This document shows, piece by piece, positions 54,621-64,000 of a stretch of DNA of 64,000 nucleotides. The notes beneath the pieces were generated by a model, which was given only the letters and a program-made list of their open reading frames with translations, was not told the DNA's origin and ran no database searches. Location of the stretch: NCBI GenBank assembly GCA_902536515.1, contig CACAXU010000001.1:2223-66222 (forward strand), written 5' to 3'. The DNA comes from an uncultured Litorivicinus sp. Its GTDB lineage: Bacteria; Pseudomonadota; Gammaproteobacteria; Pseudomonadales; Litorivicinaceae. A program made the position numbers and the translations under genes. Numbering within the stretch: the stretch's first letter is position 1; each line of letters starts with the position of its first letter.

Positions 54621-56015
54621 ATGAGTCAGGAAACGCCCAAAGCGCTTTGGGGCGGTCGTTTTTCGGAATCCACCGATGCGTTCGTCCAAGCGTTCACTGC
54701 ATCCGTCGAATTCGACCAACGCATGGCACGCGAGGATATTCAGGGATCAATTGCGCACGCCACAATGCTTGCTGAACAAGGAATCCTTACTGACACAGAA
54801 CGTAACACCATCATCAAGGGCCTCCGCCAGATCGAAGCTGAAATTGAATCAGGTGAATTCGCATGGTCCATTACGCGTGAAGATGTGCATATGAACATCG
54901 AGTCACGACTAATCGAATTAATTGGCGACACCGGGAAAAAACTTCATACAGGCCGTTCTCGAAACGACCAAGTCGCTACAGACACTCGGTTGTGGGTTCG
55001 GGGAACCATTGATCACGCTATATCTGAATTGTCTCGCCTCCAGATGAGTTTGATCGCGTTAGCTGAGCGTGAAGCAGATACTATTATGCCTGGTTTAACA
55101 CACCTTCAAGCGGCACAGCCCGTAACTTTTGGGCACCACATGCTCGCATGGAATGAAATGCTGGAGCGCGATGCAGGTCGCTTACTTGATTGCAGACAGC
55201 GGATGAATCTGTGTCCGCTTGGTGCGGCAGCACTCGCTGGCACCAGCTATCCGATTAATCGCGAGCGCACGGCCGAGCTTCTTGGCTTTGATAAACCGAC
55301 AGAAAACAGTCTTGACTCTGTGTCTGATCGCGACTTCGGTATAGAGTTTTTAAGCGCCGCAAGCATCGTCATGATGCACCTGTCACGGTTTTCAGAAGAA
55401 CTCATCAACTGGAATTCAACCGCGTGGCAATTTGTCGACCTACCTGACAAGTTTTGTACTGGTAGTTCGATAATGCCACAGAAAAAAAATCCCGACGTGC
55501 CTGAACTTGTCCGAGGCAAATCAGGTCGCATGTTCGGCTACCTAATGAGCTTACTCACTGTGATGAAAGGGCAACCACTCGCCTACAATAAAGATAATCA
55601 GGAAGACAAAGAGTTGCTATACGGCGCCGCGGACACGTTGCTCGGATCGCTTCGCGCTTTTGCCGATATGATGCCGTCATTACTGGTTAATCAAAACATT
55701 TTGAAAAACGCTGCAATCTGTGGGTTTTCGACAGCTACAGATCTGGCAGATTACCTGGTCCGCAAAGGCTTACCGTTCCGAGATGCTCATGAAGTCGTCG
55801 GACAAGTGGTTGCCCTTGGCGTCCAAACCAAGCGCGATCTCTCAGAGATGGACCTTTCAGAACTCCAAGCATTCAGTGATCTGATCCATGACGATGTATT
55901 TGAAGTGCTGACTGTAGAAGGATCCGTGAATGCCCGTGACCACATTGGTGGAACAGCGCCCACTCAGGTGCGGGAAGCAGCTGCTCGGGCTAAAGCTCGT
56001 TTAGCTACCCGCTAA
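54621..56015 (+). CDS. argH: Argininosuccinate lyase
   Basis: [35 protein letters not shown]; start at ATG 54621 with AAGGAG. Confidence 0.97.
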   Translation: MSQETPKALWGGRFSESTDAFVQAFTASVEFDQRMAREDIQGSIAHATMLAEQGILTDTERNTIIKGLRQIEAEIESGEFAWSITREDVHMNIESRLIELIGDTGKKLHTGRSRNDQVATDTRLWVRGTIDHAISELSRLQMSLIALAEREADTIMPGLTHLQAAQPVTFGHHMLAWNEMLERDAGRLLDCRQRMNLCPLGAAALAGTSYPINRERTAELLGFDKPTENSLDSVSDRDFGIEFLSAASIVMMHLSRFSEELINWNSTAWQFVDLPDKFCTGSSIMPQKKNPDVPELVRGKSGRMFGYLMSLLTVMKGQPLAYNKDNQEDKELLYGAADTLLGSLRAFADMMPSLLVNQNILKNAAICGFSTATDLADYLVRKGLPFRDAHEVVGQVVALGVQTKRDLSEMDLSELQAFSDLIHDDVFEVLTVEGSVNARDHIGGTAPTQVREAAARAKARLATR

Positions 56016-57238
56016 GGTATGGTGATTGCTGCCAAAATCGCTTGGACTTGAAGCTCTGTAGAACCGCGATTGGCTTCAACCCAAGCACTTGCGGCCTGCC
56101 CCATTGCATCAGCTTTTACATGTGCCTCAAAAATGGATGCTGAGAGATACTCAGCATCTGTACGAAGCAGAGCGCCCGCGGCTTCTAAACCAGCGCTGAT
56201 CGCCTGAAAGTTATGCATAGATGGCCCTGCAATGAGCGGCTTACTCATCAGCGCGGGCTCAATCGGATTTTGACCGCCCTTTCCGGAAAAACTGCCACCA
56301 ATCACGATGATATCAGACTCAGAAAGATACGCTCCCATATCTCCAAAAGTGTCACCGATCAGGATCTGAGCCTCTTCTTGAATCTCACCTGAGACTTGCG
56401 ATGCCTTAAGACCTTGAGCATCAGCCAAAGTCTTGATCTGAGATCCTCGAACGGGATGTCGAGGCACAATCAATAACCGTAATTCAAGGTGTTGCCGAGC
56501 CCAGGAGACCAACAGAGCATCATCATCTGCGTGGCTACTCATCAGGCAGACTAGAATATGACCTCGTTTCCATTTACTGATCTGATTCGCTCGTTCCCGG
56601 GAAATTTGTGGAACACGTTGGTCAAGCTTAATGGATCCAACTTCTGAAATCGCATGGGCCGGCACCCCAAGCTTTTGCGCACGATGAGCATCACGCTCAA
56701 ATTGCATGAGCGCGCATGAGACCTGGCCCCACATCGGCCGCGACACCCAACTAAACCGCTGATATCCGCGAACTGCTTGATCACTCAACCGTCCATTCGC
56801 AAGAATCACTGGAACAGCAGACCGATGGCATGCGGCAACTAAATTAGGCCAAAGTTCGGTCTCAATAACGATCAATGCCCTCGGGCGCAGTTTGGACAAC
56901 CAGCGAGTCCAAGTCCACGAAAAGTCCCAAGGAAACACGTGTCTGGCGAATTCACTCTGAGACAAGACACCAAGACCAGAAGGTGTCGTCGCCGTCATGA
57001 AGATATGAAGTGATGCATCATGTTTTATGAGTACTCGCGCAAGCTCCACTCCAACTTTTGCCTCCCCAAGACTACACCCATGAATCCATACACAGCCATG
57101 CATCTGATCAGGTACGTGCGCCCCGAGTCGACGACTAACCATCGGATCTTGATATTCTCGACGATACTTCTTCACCACATGCCCAATCAGAAGTGGTGTG
57201 CAAAGTAACAAGAGCAGCGAATACAGATGTCGTCCCAT
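56012..57238 (-). CDS. waaA: Kdo transferase
   Basis: [43 protein letters not shown]. Confidence 0.93.
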   Translation of the reverse strand: MGRHLYSLLLLLCTPLLIGHVVKKYRREYQDPMVSRRLGAHVPDQMHGCVWIHGCSLGEAKVGVELARVLIKHDASLHIFMTATTPSGLGVLSQSEFARHVFPWDFSWTWTRWLSKLRPRALIVIETELWPNLVAACHRSAVPVILANGRLSDQAVRGYQRFSWVSRPMWGQVSCALMQFERDAHRAQKLGVPAHAISEVGSIKLDQRVPQISRERANQISKWKRGHILVCLMSSHADDDALLVSWARQHLELRLLIVPRHPVRGSQIKTLADAQGLKASQVSGEIQEEAQILIGDTFGDMGAYLSESDIIVIGGSFSGKGGQNPIEPALMSKPLIAGPSMHNFQAISAGLEAAGALLRTDAEYLSASIFEAHVKADAMGQAASAWVEANRGSTELQVQAILAAITIP

Positions 57239-57262
57239 AATTGAAGATGCTAGCATGCTTGC

Positions 57263-58384
57263 ATGAAAATCATCGTCGGTGGCGGGATTTCAGGTCTCTG
57301 GCTAGCAGCTGAACTGAAAGCTCGCAACATTCCATGCTGTGTTATCGAAAAAAAAGCGCTTGGCCAGGGTCAAACCCTGGCGAGCCAAGGCATGATTCAT
57401 GGCGGGACTAAGTATGCACTTGATGGATTATTAACCAAAGCAGCCAGTGAAATTGGTGCTATGCCCGCGCGCTGGAAACAAGCTTTGAAAGGCGAGGGAA
57501 CGGTTGATTTAAGCCACGTTCAACTCGAACGAGAAGATCAGCTGTTATGGTCTGTCGAATCAATTGCTGCAAACCTTTTGGGGTTCTTTGCAAGCAAAGC
57601 CATGCGATCTCGTATGGAACGAATTGATCCGCAATCTGAGGCGGCGTTTAATCATCCAAATTTCACAGGCCATCTGTATCGATTGTCAGAACCGGTGTTG
57701 AAGCTTGATACATTGGTGCATGCATTTGCAGAGATCTTGGATGGACAGATCTTCCAAACTGAGGTCACCCAGATTCTGATGAAAAAAAATAAGGTTGTCG
57801 GGATCGAAACAACTTCTGGTCGGATCCATGGGGACGTCATTTTGACTGCTGGTGAAGGAACAGAAGCGCTTTTATCCAAGATTTCGGGAGAGTATCCGGC
57901 CATGCAGCGACGTCCGCTAGCAATGGCGGTCTGCAAACTTGTACGCCCCATTCCAAAAGTATTCGGTCACCAATTCGGGAGTGGTAGCAAGCCTAAACTC
58001 ACCGTCTCGACCCATGAATTTGATGGGGCGCAATATTTGTATTTGGGCGGACAACTTGCCGAAAACGGAGTCACACAAGATGACAACACGGTGTGCTCAA
58101 ATGCAAAACGGGCATTGTCGGAAGCACTTTCCTGGCTTGAATTGAACGTGGAATCAACGCGCGTTTTTCGAGTCAATCGAGCAGAGCCAAGCACACGTGA
58201 GGGAAATCGGCCCGATACCGCATTCGTCTCCAAATCAAATGGCCTGATTGTGGCGTGGCCAACTAAGCTCGCACTTGCACCTGCACTTGCCGACCAGATC
58301 CTGCCGCTTCTTGATGGAGATTCAAAACCTGCAACACTTCCGCTGTGGTCAAAAGCTACAGAAGGGCACTACCCATGGGTATGA
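57263..58384 (+). CDS. FAD-dependent oxidoreductase (DAO-like) of unknown substrate
   Basis: IVGGGISGLW, QTLASQGMIHGGTKYAL, MQRRPL, RAEP, WPTKLALAP. Confidence 0.88.
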   Translation: MKIIVGGGISGLWLAAELKARNIPCCVIEKKALGQGQTLASQGMIHGGTKYALDGLLTKAASEIGAMPARWKQALKGEGTVDLSHVQLEREDQLLWSVESIAANLLGFFASKAMRSRMERIDPQSEAAFNHPNFTGHLYRLSEPVLKLDTLVHAFAEILDGQIFQTEVTQILMKKNKVVGIETTSGRIHGDVILTAGEGTEALLSKISGEYPAMQRRPLAMAVCKLVRPIPKVFGHQFGSGSKPKLTVSTHEFDGAQYLYLGGQLAENGVTQDDNTVCSNAKRALSEALSWLELNVESTRVFRVNRAEPSTREGNRPDTAFVSKSNGLIVAWPTKLALAPALADQILPLLDGDSKPATLPLWSKATEGHYPWV

Positions 58385-59157
58385 TTCATCGGTCACTCGG
58401 ACAAACAGGGCTCGAACTCAGTCCAATTGGCTTAGGTACTGTAAAGATTGGCCGGAATACAGATGTGAAATATCCGACTGATTTTGAATTACCGAGCGAC
58501 GAGCAGATCATTCAACTGCTGACACTTGCGTCAGAATTAGGCATCAACTGTCTTGATACAGCGCCTGCCTATGGCACCTCAGAAGCTCGGCTCGGTAAGT
58601 TGCTACCAGAGATCGCTTGCGATTTTCGTATTATTACAAAAGTTGGGGAAACCTACGATCCTGACACAGGAAGTCATTACGACTTCTCAGAAACCGCGAT
58701 TCTCAAGAGCTTAGAACAAAGTCTTCAACGCCTGAATCGTGACCGTTTAGATGTGGTGTTACTGCATTCCGATGGAAAGGATATCGAACACCTGAGTCAA
58801 GGTGCGCTCCAAACCTTGATCAAAGCGCGAGACCAAGGTCTCATTCAGGCGGTCGGGTTATCAGGCAAAAAAGTGGAAGGTGGACGTCAAGCTCTAGATC
58901 AGGGAGCGGATTGCCTGATGATTACACTGAACCCTGAAACTCAAGATGAAAAACCGCTCATCGCTGTAGCGCAGAGATATGGTGCGGGGTTATTGGTCAA
59001 GAAAGTCCTCGGAAGCGGCCATCTAACAACATCCATCCCTGAAATTTTTAAAGACTTGTTCGCGCACCCAAACATCACTTCCGCTATTATTGGCACCATT
59101 AATCCCGCGCATCTGCGCAATAACTGTCTTGCACTCCCAACAGAGATCCAACTATGA
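58381..59157 (+). CDS. Aldo/keto reductase
   Basis: GLGTVKIGR, DTAPAYG.SE, TKVGE, LLHS; ATGA overlap with upstream gene. Confidence 0.9.
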   Translation: MIHRSLGQTGLELSPIGLGTVKIGRNTDVKYPTDFELPSDEQIIQLLTLASELGINCLDTAPAYGTSEARLGKLLPEIACDFRIITKVGETYDPDTGSHYDFSETAILKSLEQSLQRLNRDRLDVVLLHSDGKDIEHLSQGALQTLIKARDQGLIQAVGLSGKKVEGGRQALDQGADCLMITLNPETQDEKPLIAVAQRYGAGLLVKKVLGSGHLTTSIPEIFKDLFAHPNITSAIIGTINPAHLRNNCLALPTEIQL

Positions 59158-59732
59158 GCCTAGACGCTATCAAAGCCACCTTCCAGGCAAGCATTGATAC
59201 CAAGCAAGCCCTGATCAACGACGCCAAACGCTTGGAAGAACTGCTTGAAGTCGCAGGCGTCGCGTCATCAACAATTAAAGCAGGCCATAAAATCATGCTC
59301 TGCGGTAACGGGGGGTCAGCAGCCGACAGTCAACATATCGCGGCAGAGCTGATCGGTCGCTTCGAGAAAGAACGTCAGTCAATGGCCGCGATTGCGCTTA
59401 CAACTGATACATCTGCTCTCACCGCCATCGGTAACGATTACGGCTATGACCAAGTGTTCTCGAGACAAGTTGAAGGCCTCGGGCAATCCGGTGATTTACT
59501 CATTGGCATCTCAACAAGTGGCAATTCAAGGAACGTCGTCAAAGCAATGGAAGTTGCTCAAAGTAAAAGCATTCGCACAGTTGCATTAATTGGCGACAAG
59601 CCAGACGGCGCGATGCAAGCGATTGCAGATTACGTCTTAGCCGCACCATCGACTAACACGGCACGTATCCAGGAGTGCCATATCTTAATGATGCACACTC
59701 TCTGTCAATTAGTTGAGTCGGAATCCGTCTGA
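59154..59732 (+). CDS. gmhA: Phosphoheptose isomerase
   Basis: CGNGGSAADSQH, TAIGNDYGY, ISTSGNS, RIQECH. Confidence 0.93.
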   Translation: MSLDAIKATFQASIDTKQALINDAKRLEELLEVAGVASSTIKAGHKIMLCGNGGSAADSQHIAAELIGRFEKERQSMAAIALTTDTSALTAIGNDYGYDQVFSRQVEGLGQSGDLLIGISTSGNSRNVVKAMEVAQSKSIRTVALIGDKPDGAMQAIADYVLAAPSTNTARIQECHILMMHTLCQLVESESV

Positions 59733-61111
59733 CGAATCTTTGCGATCAAGTGGCTGGTCGATAGGTTAGCCACTTCACCGAGCACTTTGACTTCCCCGCC
59801 GTAATCCAATACGTGCTCGTAGCCAACCACTTCCTCGATAGATTTGTAGTCACCGCCTTTCACAAGAACGTCGGGTCGGACCACATCAATTAAGGGAATC
59901 GGCGTGTCATCCGTAAATGCGATCACGGCATCCACAGCACCGAGACCTGCAAGCACCTGCAAACGGCGTTCAATTGCATTCACAGGACGCTGAGGCCCCT
60001 TCAAACGAGCCACTGACGCGTCTGAATTCACTGCAACAATCAATCGATCACCAAGAGAAGCAGCTTCTTTCAGATACGCGACGTGTCCAGCATGCAGGAT
60101 ATCAAAGCAGCCATTGGTCATCACGATTTTCTCCCCTTGGGTACGGCATTGTTCAGCCCAAGTAGCTGCCTCATCTGCGCGATCGAAAATACCATGATCA
60201 ACTGACAAAGCTCTCTCCAGCTCTCCACCACTGACAGTTGCTGTCCCAAGTTTCGACACAACGAGTCCAGCCGCTCGATTTGCCAATTCAGCGGATTCAG
60301 CCATGCTCTTTCCCGAACCAAGCCCTGCAGCAACAGTCGCAATTACGGTGTCGCCAGCACCTGTCACGTCGGCGACTTCACGAGCTGTCGCCGCAAATTG
60401 ATGCACAGATCCATCACGCGTAATCAGCGTCATTCCGTGTTCAGAGCGCGTGATCAAGATTGTGTCGATATCCAATTCATTAATGAGATTCCGGGCTTTT
60501 TCAGCCAGCTCCTGATCGTTAGCCCAGGTCCCACAAACCACCTCAAATTCCGTACGATTCGGCGTCAATAAAGTCGCTCCTCGGTATCTTTCAAAGTCTG
60601 TACCCTTCGGATCAACAACGACGGGAATCTTGAACGCCCGTGCCTTTTGAATGAGTAAACGAGGCTCTAAGCTACCTTTTGCATAATCACTTAAAACAAC
60701 TGCCGTGATTCCATCAAGAGACATCGACTGAGCGAGCGATTCTGCATGTGATGCATCAAAAGGTGTCTCAAAATCGAGGCGAATCATTTGATATGCTTGG
60801 CTTAAAACCCGCAGTTTTGTAATGGTCCTGTGGTCGACGCGCGTCAAGAGTGGCGTCACGTTATGGTTTGTCAGCGTCTGTTCCAGTAAATCTGCGTCAG
60901 AGTCATGGCCCACAAGCCCAGCACAAGTCACTTGAGCACCCAGTGACGATAAATTCAAAGCAACGTTTGCAGCCCCTCCTGGACGTGCTTCATCGTGAGT
61001 GACCCGAACAACCGGAACAGGAGCCTCGGGTGATATCCGGCCTGCATTGCCATGCCAGTATCGATCAATCATGACATCTCCAACGACTAAAACTCGCGAT
61101 GCGGAAAACAT
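59705..61111 (-). CDS. hldE: Bifunctional heptose-7-phosphate kinase / heptose-1-phosphate adenylyltransferase
   Basis: RISPEAPVPV, SDYAKG, DVTGAGDT, TNGCFDILHAGH, LVKGGDY; start could be GTG 61120. Confidence 0.96.
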   Translation of the reverse strand: MFSASRVLVVGDVMIDRYWHGNAGRISPEAPVPVVRVTHDEARPGGAANVALNLSSLGAQVTCAGLVGHDSDADLLEQTLTNHNVTPLLTRVDHRTITKLRVLSQAYQMIRLDFETPFDASHAESLAQSMSLDGITAVVLSDYAKGSLEPRLLIQKARAFKIPVVVDPKGTDFERYRGATLLTPNRTEFEVVCGTWANDQELAEKARNLINELDIDTILITRSEHGMTLITRDGSVHQFAATAREVADVTGAGDTVIATVAAGLGSGKSMAESAELANRAAGLVVSKLGTATVSGGELERALSVDHGIFDRADEAATWAEQCRTQGEKIVMTNGCFDILHAGHVAYLKEAASLGDRLIVAVNSDASVARLKGPQRPVNAIERRLQVLAGLGAVDAVIAFTDDTPIPLIDVVRPDVLVKGGDYKSIEEVVGYEHVLDYGGEVKVLGEVANLSTSHLIAKIRQTDSDSTN

Positions 61112-61191
61112 ATGTGACACAGAAGATCTCTCTAATGATTCGAACCTTGTTATAGTACCGAGCTTAATCAACGAACCCAACCGGATTACAC

Positions 61192-62079
61192 ATGAGCATT
61201 TATCTCGTTCCGCTGGGACTTGGCTTCATTCGACTCTTAGCCGCACTGCCACCAAAGCTCGCAATGGCTATCGGTCGCCTCATTGGAATGTTGCTGTTCC
61301 ACACAGCAAAGAATCGACGTCTTGTCTGCGAACGAAATATTGCTGTTTGCTTCCCAGAGTTGGAACAGTCTGAACAACGCAATCTTGTCAAAGCATGCTT
61401 TGAACAAAATGGAATTGGATTAACAGAGACCGCATGGTCTTGGCATCGACCAATCAATTTTGTCAACGACAAAATTCGTGTATCCGGACAGGAGCTTTTC
61501 GAACAAGCCAACATAGAGGGTCAAGGGGTTCTGTTACTATGTCCTCACTACAGCATGCTGGACTTAGTCGCCCCGCTCATGTATGCCGTCGCCGGAAGAT
61601 TTGTGGTCAGTTATCGCCCCAATGACAATCCCATTTTTGATCAAGCTGTGTGTCGTGGACGCGCCCGCTATGCCGAATTAGTCGACGTCCGTGCATTACG
61701 CAATATCGCTAAACACTTAAAACAAGGAGACGTGGTATGGTTTGGGCCCGATCAAGATATGGGGCCAAAAGGCTCTGTCTTCGCCCCATTTTTTGGCAGG
61801 CCTGCCTGTACCGTAACAACACCAGCTCGACTCGCTCGAATGTCTGGCGCAGTCAGTATTTTTCTTAACCTACACCGCGACGACAAAGGTATCTATCAGG
61901 TCTCATTTGTCCCGATGCCCGATAATTACCCGGTTGCGGATGAAGTCAAGAATGCGCACGTACTCAATCAACGCATTGAGGGCGCCCTGAAAAAGCATCC
62001 GTCACAATACATGTGGATGCACAAACGATTCAAGACAAATCCAGACCTTACGCGGCAGACACTGTATCAATATGACTAA
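61192..62079 (+). CDS. lpxL: Lipid A late acyltransferase (LpxL/HtrB family)
   Basis: PHYSMLD (HX4D/E), YRP, PDQD.G, APFFG, PSQYMWMHKRFKT. Confidence 0.9.
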   Translation: MSIYLVPLGLGFIRLLAALPPKLAMAIGRLIGMLLFHTAKNRRLVCERNIAVCFPELEQSEQRNLVKACFEQNGIGLTETAWSWHRPINFVNDKIRVSGQELFEQANIEGQGVLLLCPHYSMLDLVAPLMYAVAGRFVVSYRPNDNPIFDQAVCRGRARYAELVDVRALRNIAKHLKQGDVVWFGPDQDMGPKGSVFAPFFGRPACTVTTPARLARMSGAVSIFLNLHRDDKGIYQVSFVPMPDNYPVADEVKNAHVLNQRIEGALKKHPSQYMWMHKRFKTNPDLTRQTLYQYD

Positions 62080-63010
62080 CCCATCTTATCACTTCAGATG
62101 CGCTGAGATCAGACATTTGTCCTGTCGAGCTTTTTAGAATTTGCGACGTCTCGGAAACAGGCCCCACGAGACCCGGCTTCGTCGGCCCATACAACGCAAG
62201 CATGGGAATACCCAATGCGTCAGCAACATGCGCAAGACCAGTGTCAACTGAAACCACTGCACGGGCATTTGAAATCTCAAACGCAACGTCATTCAAAGAG
62301 GCTTGATTCAAAATCCGTACCGGCAATCCTTCAGTCATTGCTGACACTGCCTCAAATTCAACATCACCACCAACTGGCAGGACAATGTCAGAAAACTGTG
62401 GAAGTGCATCCTCGATAACGGCTTTCCATCCATTAATTGTCCAACACTTAGCCTGCCGACTTGTCTGAGTCACGAGCACCAGACAATCTGTGGGCTCTTG
62501 TGGTCGACTCAGGTCAATTGACGCATCTGGATCCGTTTCTGGAAGGGTGTAACCGAGCGAGCGAGCGAAAAGTTCACGCGTCCTAGATATGGCATGTTTT
62601 GAGCGAGCCACGCGATGCCTCACATCATAAACGCTCGCTGCCAAACGTTCTTTTGCTGACCGATAATCGAATCCATGCTTTGGCCCATCGGTAAAACGGG
62701 AAATTAAAAATGCGCTCTTCATTAACCCTTGCGCATCAATCACGGCATCGTATCGCTCTGCACCGAGGGCGTGTTTGTATGCAGCGAAATCATTCGAGAA
62801 CAGCAGGCGGTGTAGCTTTCCTTTCCAGAGTCTTAATGGAATCCCCAGAACATCGCCCACAGATGGATGCCAGTGTGGAATTTCCGCAAAAGTTGGCTCA
62901 CACACCCAATCAAATCGAATGTTGCTAAGTGCTCGTGTTGCGTCGGTGAGCGCTGGTAATGTGTGAACTAAGTCACCCAAGGAGGACGTTTTCACCACCA
63001 AAACACGCAT
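62048..63010 (-). CDS. waaC: LPS heptosyltransferase I
   Basis: VKTSSLGDLVHTLPALTD, DAQGLMKSA, HAISRTR.LFA, VDTGLAH. Confidence 0.93.
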   Translation of the reverse strand: MRVLVVKTSSLGDLVHTLPALTDATRALSNIRFDWVCEPTFAEIPHWHPSVGDVLGIPLRLWKGKLHRLLFSNDFAAYKHALGAERYDAVIDAQGLMKSAFLISRFTDGPKHGFDYRSAKERLAASVYDVRHRVARSKHAISRTRELFARSLGYTLPETDPDASIDLSRPQEPTDCLVLVTQTSRQAKCWTINGWKAVIEDALPQFSDIVLPVGGDVEFEAVSAMTEGLPVRILNQASLNDVAFEISNARAVVSVDTGLAHVADALGIPMLALYGPTKPGLVGPVSETSQILKSSTGQMSDLSASEVIRWVSHIDTVSAA

Positions 63011-64000
63011 TAGGTAATCCGCTTAATTTGGTGCGATAACGCGTCGAATACCTCATCAACCGAAAGCTCAGACAAGCATGCCTGATGCTTTAAGGGGCAC
63101 TTTCTTTCGAAGCACGGATGACAGGGTACAGGATGTGTCAAAGTCACTGCCGTCTCACTGAGGGGTGGCGTGTGCGCTGGAGAAGATGGTCCAAACAATG
63201 CAACTAACGGACGACCTGTAGCTGCAGCCACATGCATCAAGCCGGAATCATGTGTCACAACGGCTTTAGATAACCCGATGACGTCAACCACCTCAGGGAT
63301 CGCTGTCAAACCTGCGAGATTGACGACGCTTTTTCGTTTTGATTTCTGAATCTGGTCGATTAATCGACGACTATCGTCTGCATCATTAGGCGAGCCCAAC
63401 AAAACAATCTGGTATCCATCATCAATTAACCGTGTCACTAGATCGGAAAAATGATCAATAGGCCATTGCTTGGCAGGTCCAAACTCGGCTCCAGGACAAA
63501 TGGCAACTAGCCGAGAGCAATCCAGTCCATGCATATTCACCAGACGATCCTGTGATGCTTGGTCTGTGGTCAAACGCGGACATAGAGGAGCCTCAGGTAA
63601 TTGATTGGCTGACAGCGCAAGATTTGCCGGAAAGCCAAGTGCCATATACCTATCAATCATTCGCGGGAATCGAGCCTCGTGCAGAATCCGCAGATCGGTC
63701 AGTAACTTGTATCGGTACTCACCTCGCCATCCTATCCGGCGAGGAATCCCGGCCATTGCTGGGATCAGTGCCGATTTGAGGGAATTGGGAAGAATGAACG
63801 AGCGATGGTATCGAGAAAAGCGAAGCTTGCGGGCAAATGCCCACCGCTCCCTTAACTTCAGCTCACCGTGATCGAACGGAAGCTCAATGGTCTGATCAAT
63901 TTCAGGCATTCTCCGCGCGACATCCAAGCTCCAACTGGGCGCAAGCACATGAATCGGATCGTCTGGCCGCTTGGACTTCAAAAATGAAATCAACCCGTGC
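63010..64000 (-). CDS. waaF: LPS heptosyltransferase II (5' end beyond window)
   Basis: RMPEI, LPNSLKSAL, GWRGE.RY, CPGAEFGPAKQWP, DSGLMH, C.PCF.R.CP. Confidence 0.93.
   Translation of the reverse strand, partial: HGLISFLKSKRPDDPIHVLAPSWSLDVARRMPEIDQTIELPFDHGELKLRERWAFARKLRFSRYHRSFILPNSLKSALIPAMAGIPRRIGWRGEYRYKLLTDLRILHEARFPRMIDRYMALGFPANLALSANQLPEAPLCPRLTTDQASQDRLVNMHGLDCSRLVAICPGAEFGPAKQWPIDHFSDLVTRLIDDGYQIVLLGSPNDADDSRRLIDQIQKSKRKSVVNLAGLTAIPEVVDVIGLSKAVVTHDSGLMHVAAATGRPLVALFGPSSPAHTPPLSETAVTLTHPVPCHPCFERKCPLKHQACLSELSVDEVFDALSHQIKRIT

Overview
Gene-dense, mostly core-genome window from a Gammaproteobacterium. Gene order resembles Pseudomonadales/Oceanospirillales, and the compact spacers suggest a streamlined, probably marine lineage (inference only). 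The core run is hisE(3' end)-hinT-tatABC, pip, typA, glnA-glnL-glnG (sigma-54 promoter plus three NtrC boxes), secB-grxC-rhodanese, gpmI-envC-ctpA, hisBHAF, asmA-mutY-yggX and tRNA-Phe(GAA). An accessory stretch of about 6 kb follows the tRNA (20117-26200). It holds two decayed tyrosine-integrase genes, an inverted copy of the tRNA 3' end and many small ORFs, several below the ORF-track cutoff. Housekeeping and stress genes resume after it: tauE-like, ycdX, pirin, trmL, uup, modE-like, tpx, msrAB, ptrB, yrfG-hslR-hslO-pckA-like-gshA, FKBP, a ynjBCD/ynjF-like ABC cluster, hemB-trxA-rho, hemCDXY, argH, and an LPS core cluster (waaA, FAD oxidoreductase + aldo-keto reductase, gmhA, hldE, lpxL, waaC, waaF). 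The best candidates for new biology are: (1) an unannotated 44-aa free-standing peptide resembling the FliG-binding C-terminal tail of flagellar FliF, divergent from a tail-anchored HTH protein; (2) a full-length PEP carboxykinase homolog that has lost most catalytic residues; (3) the inverted att-like site; (4) a nested desulforedoxin-like 62-aa metal protein; (5) recurrent shared bidirectional -10 elements and apparently leaderless genes. No CRISPR array or rRNA was seen. All family calls come from recognised motifs and synteny, not database searches.
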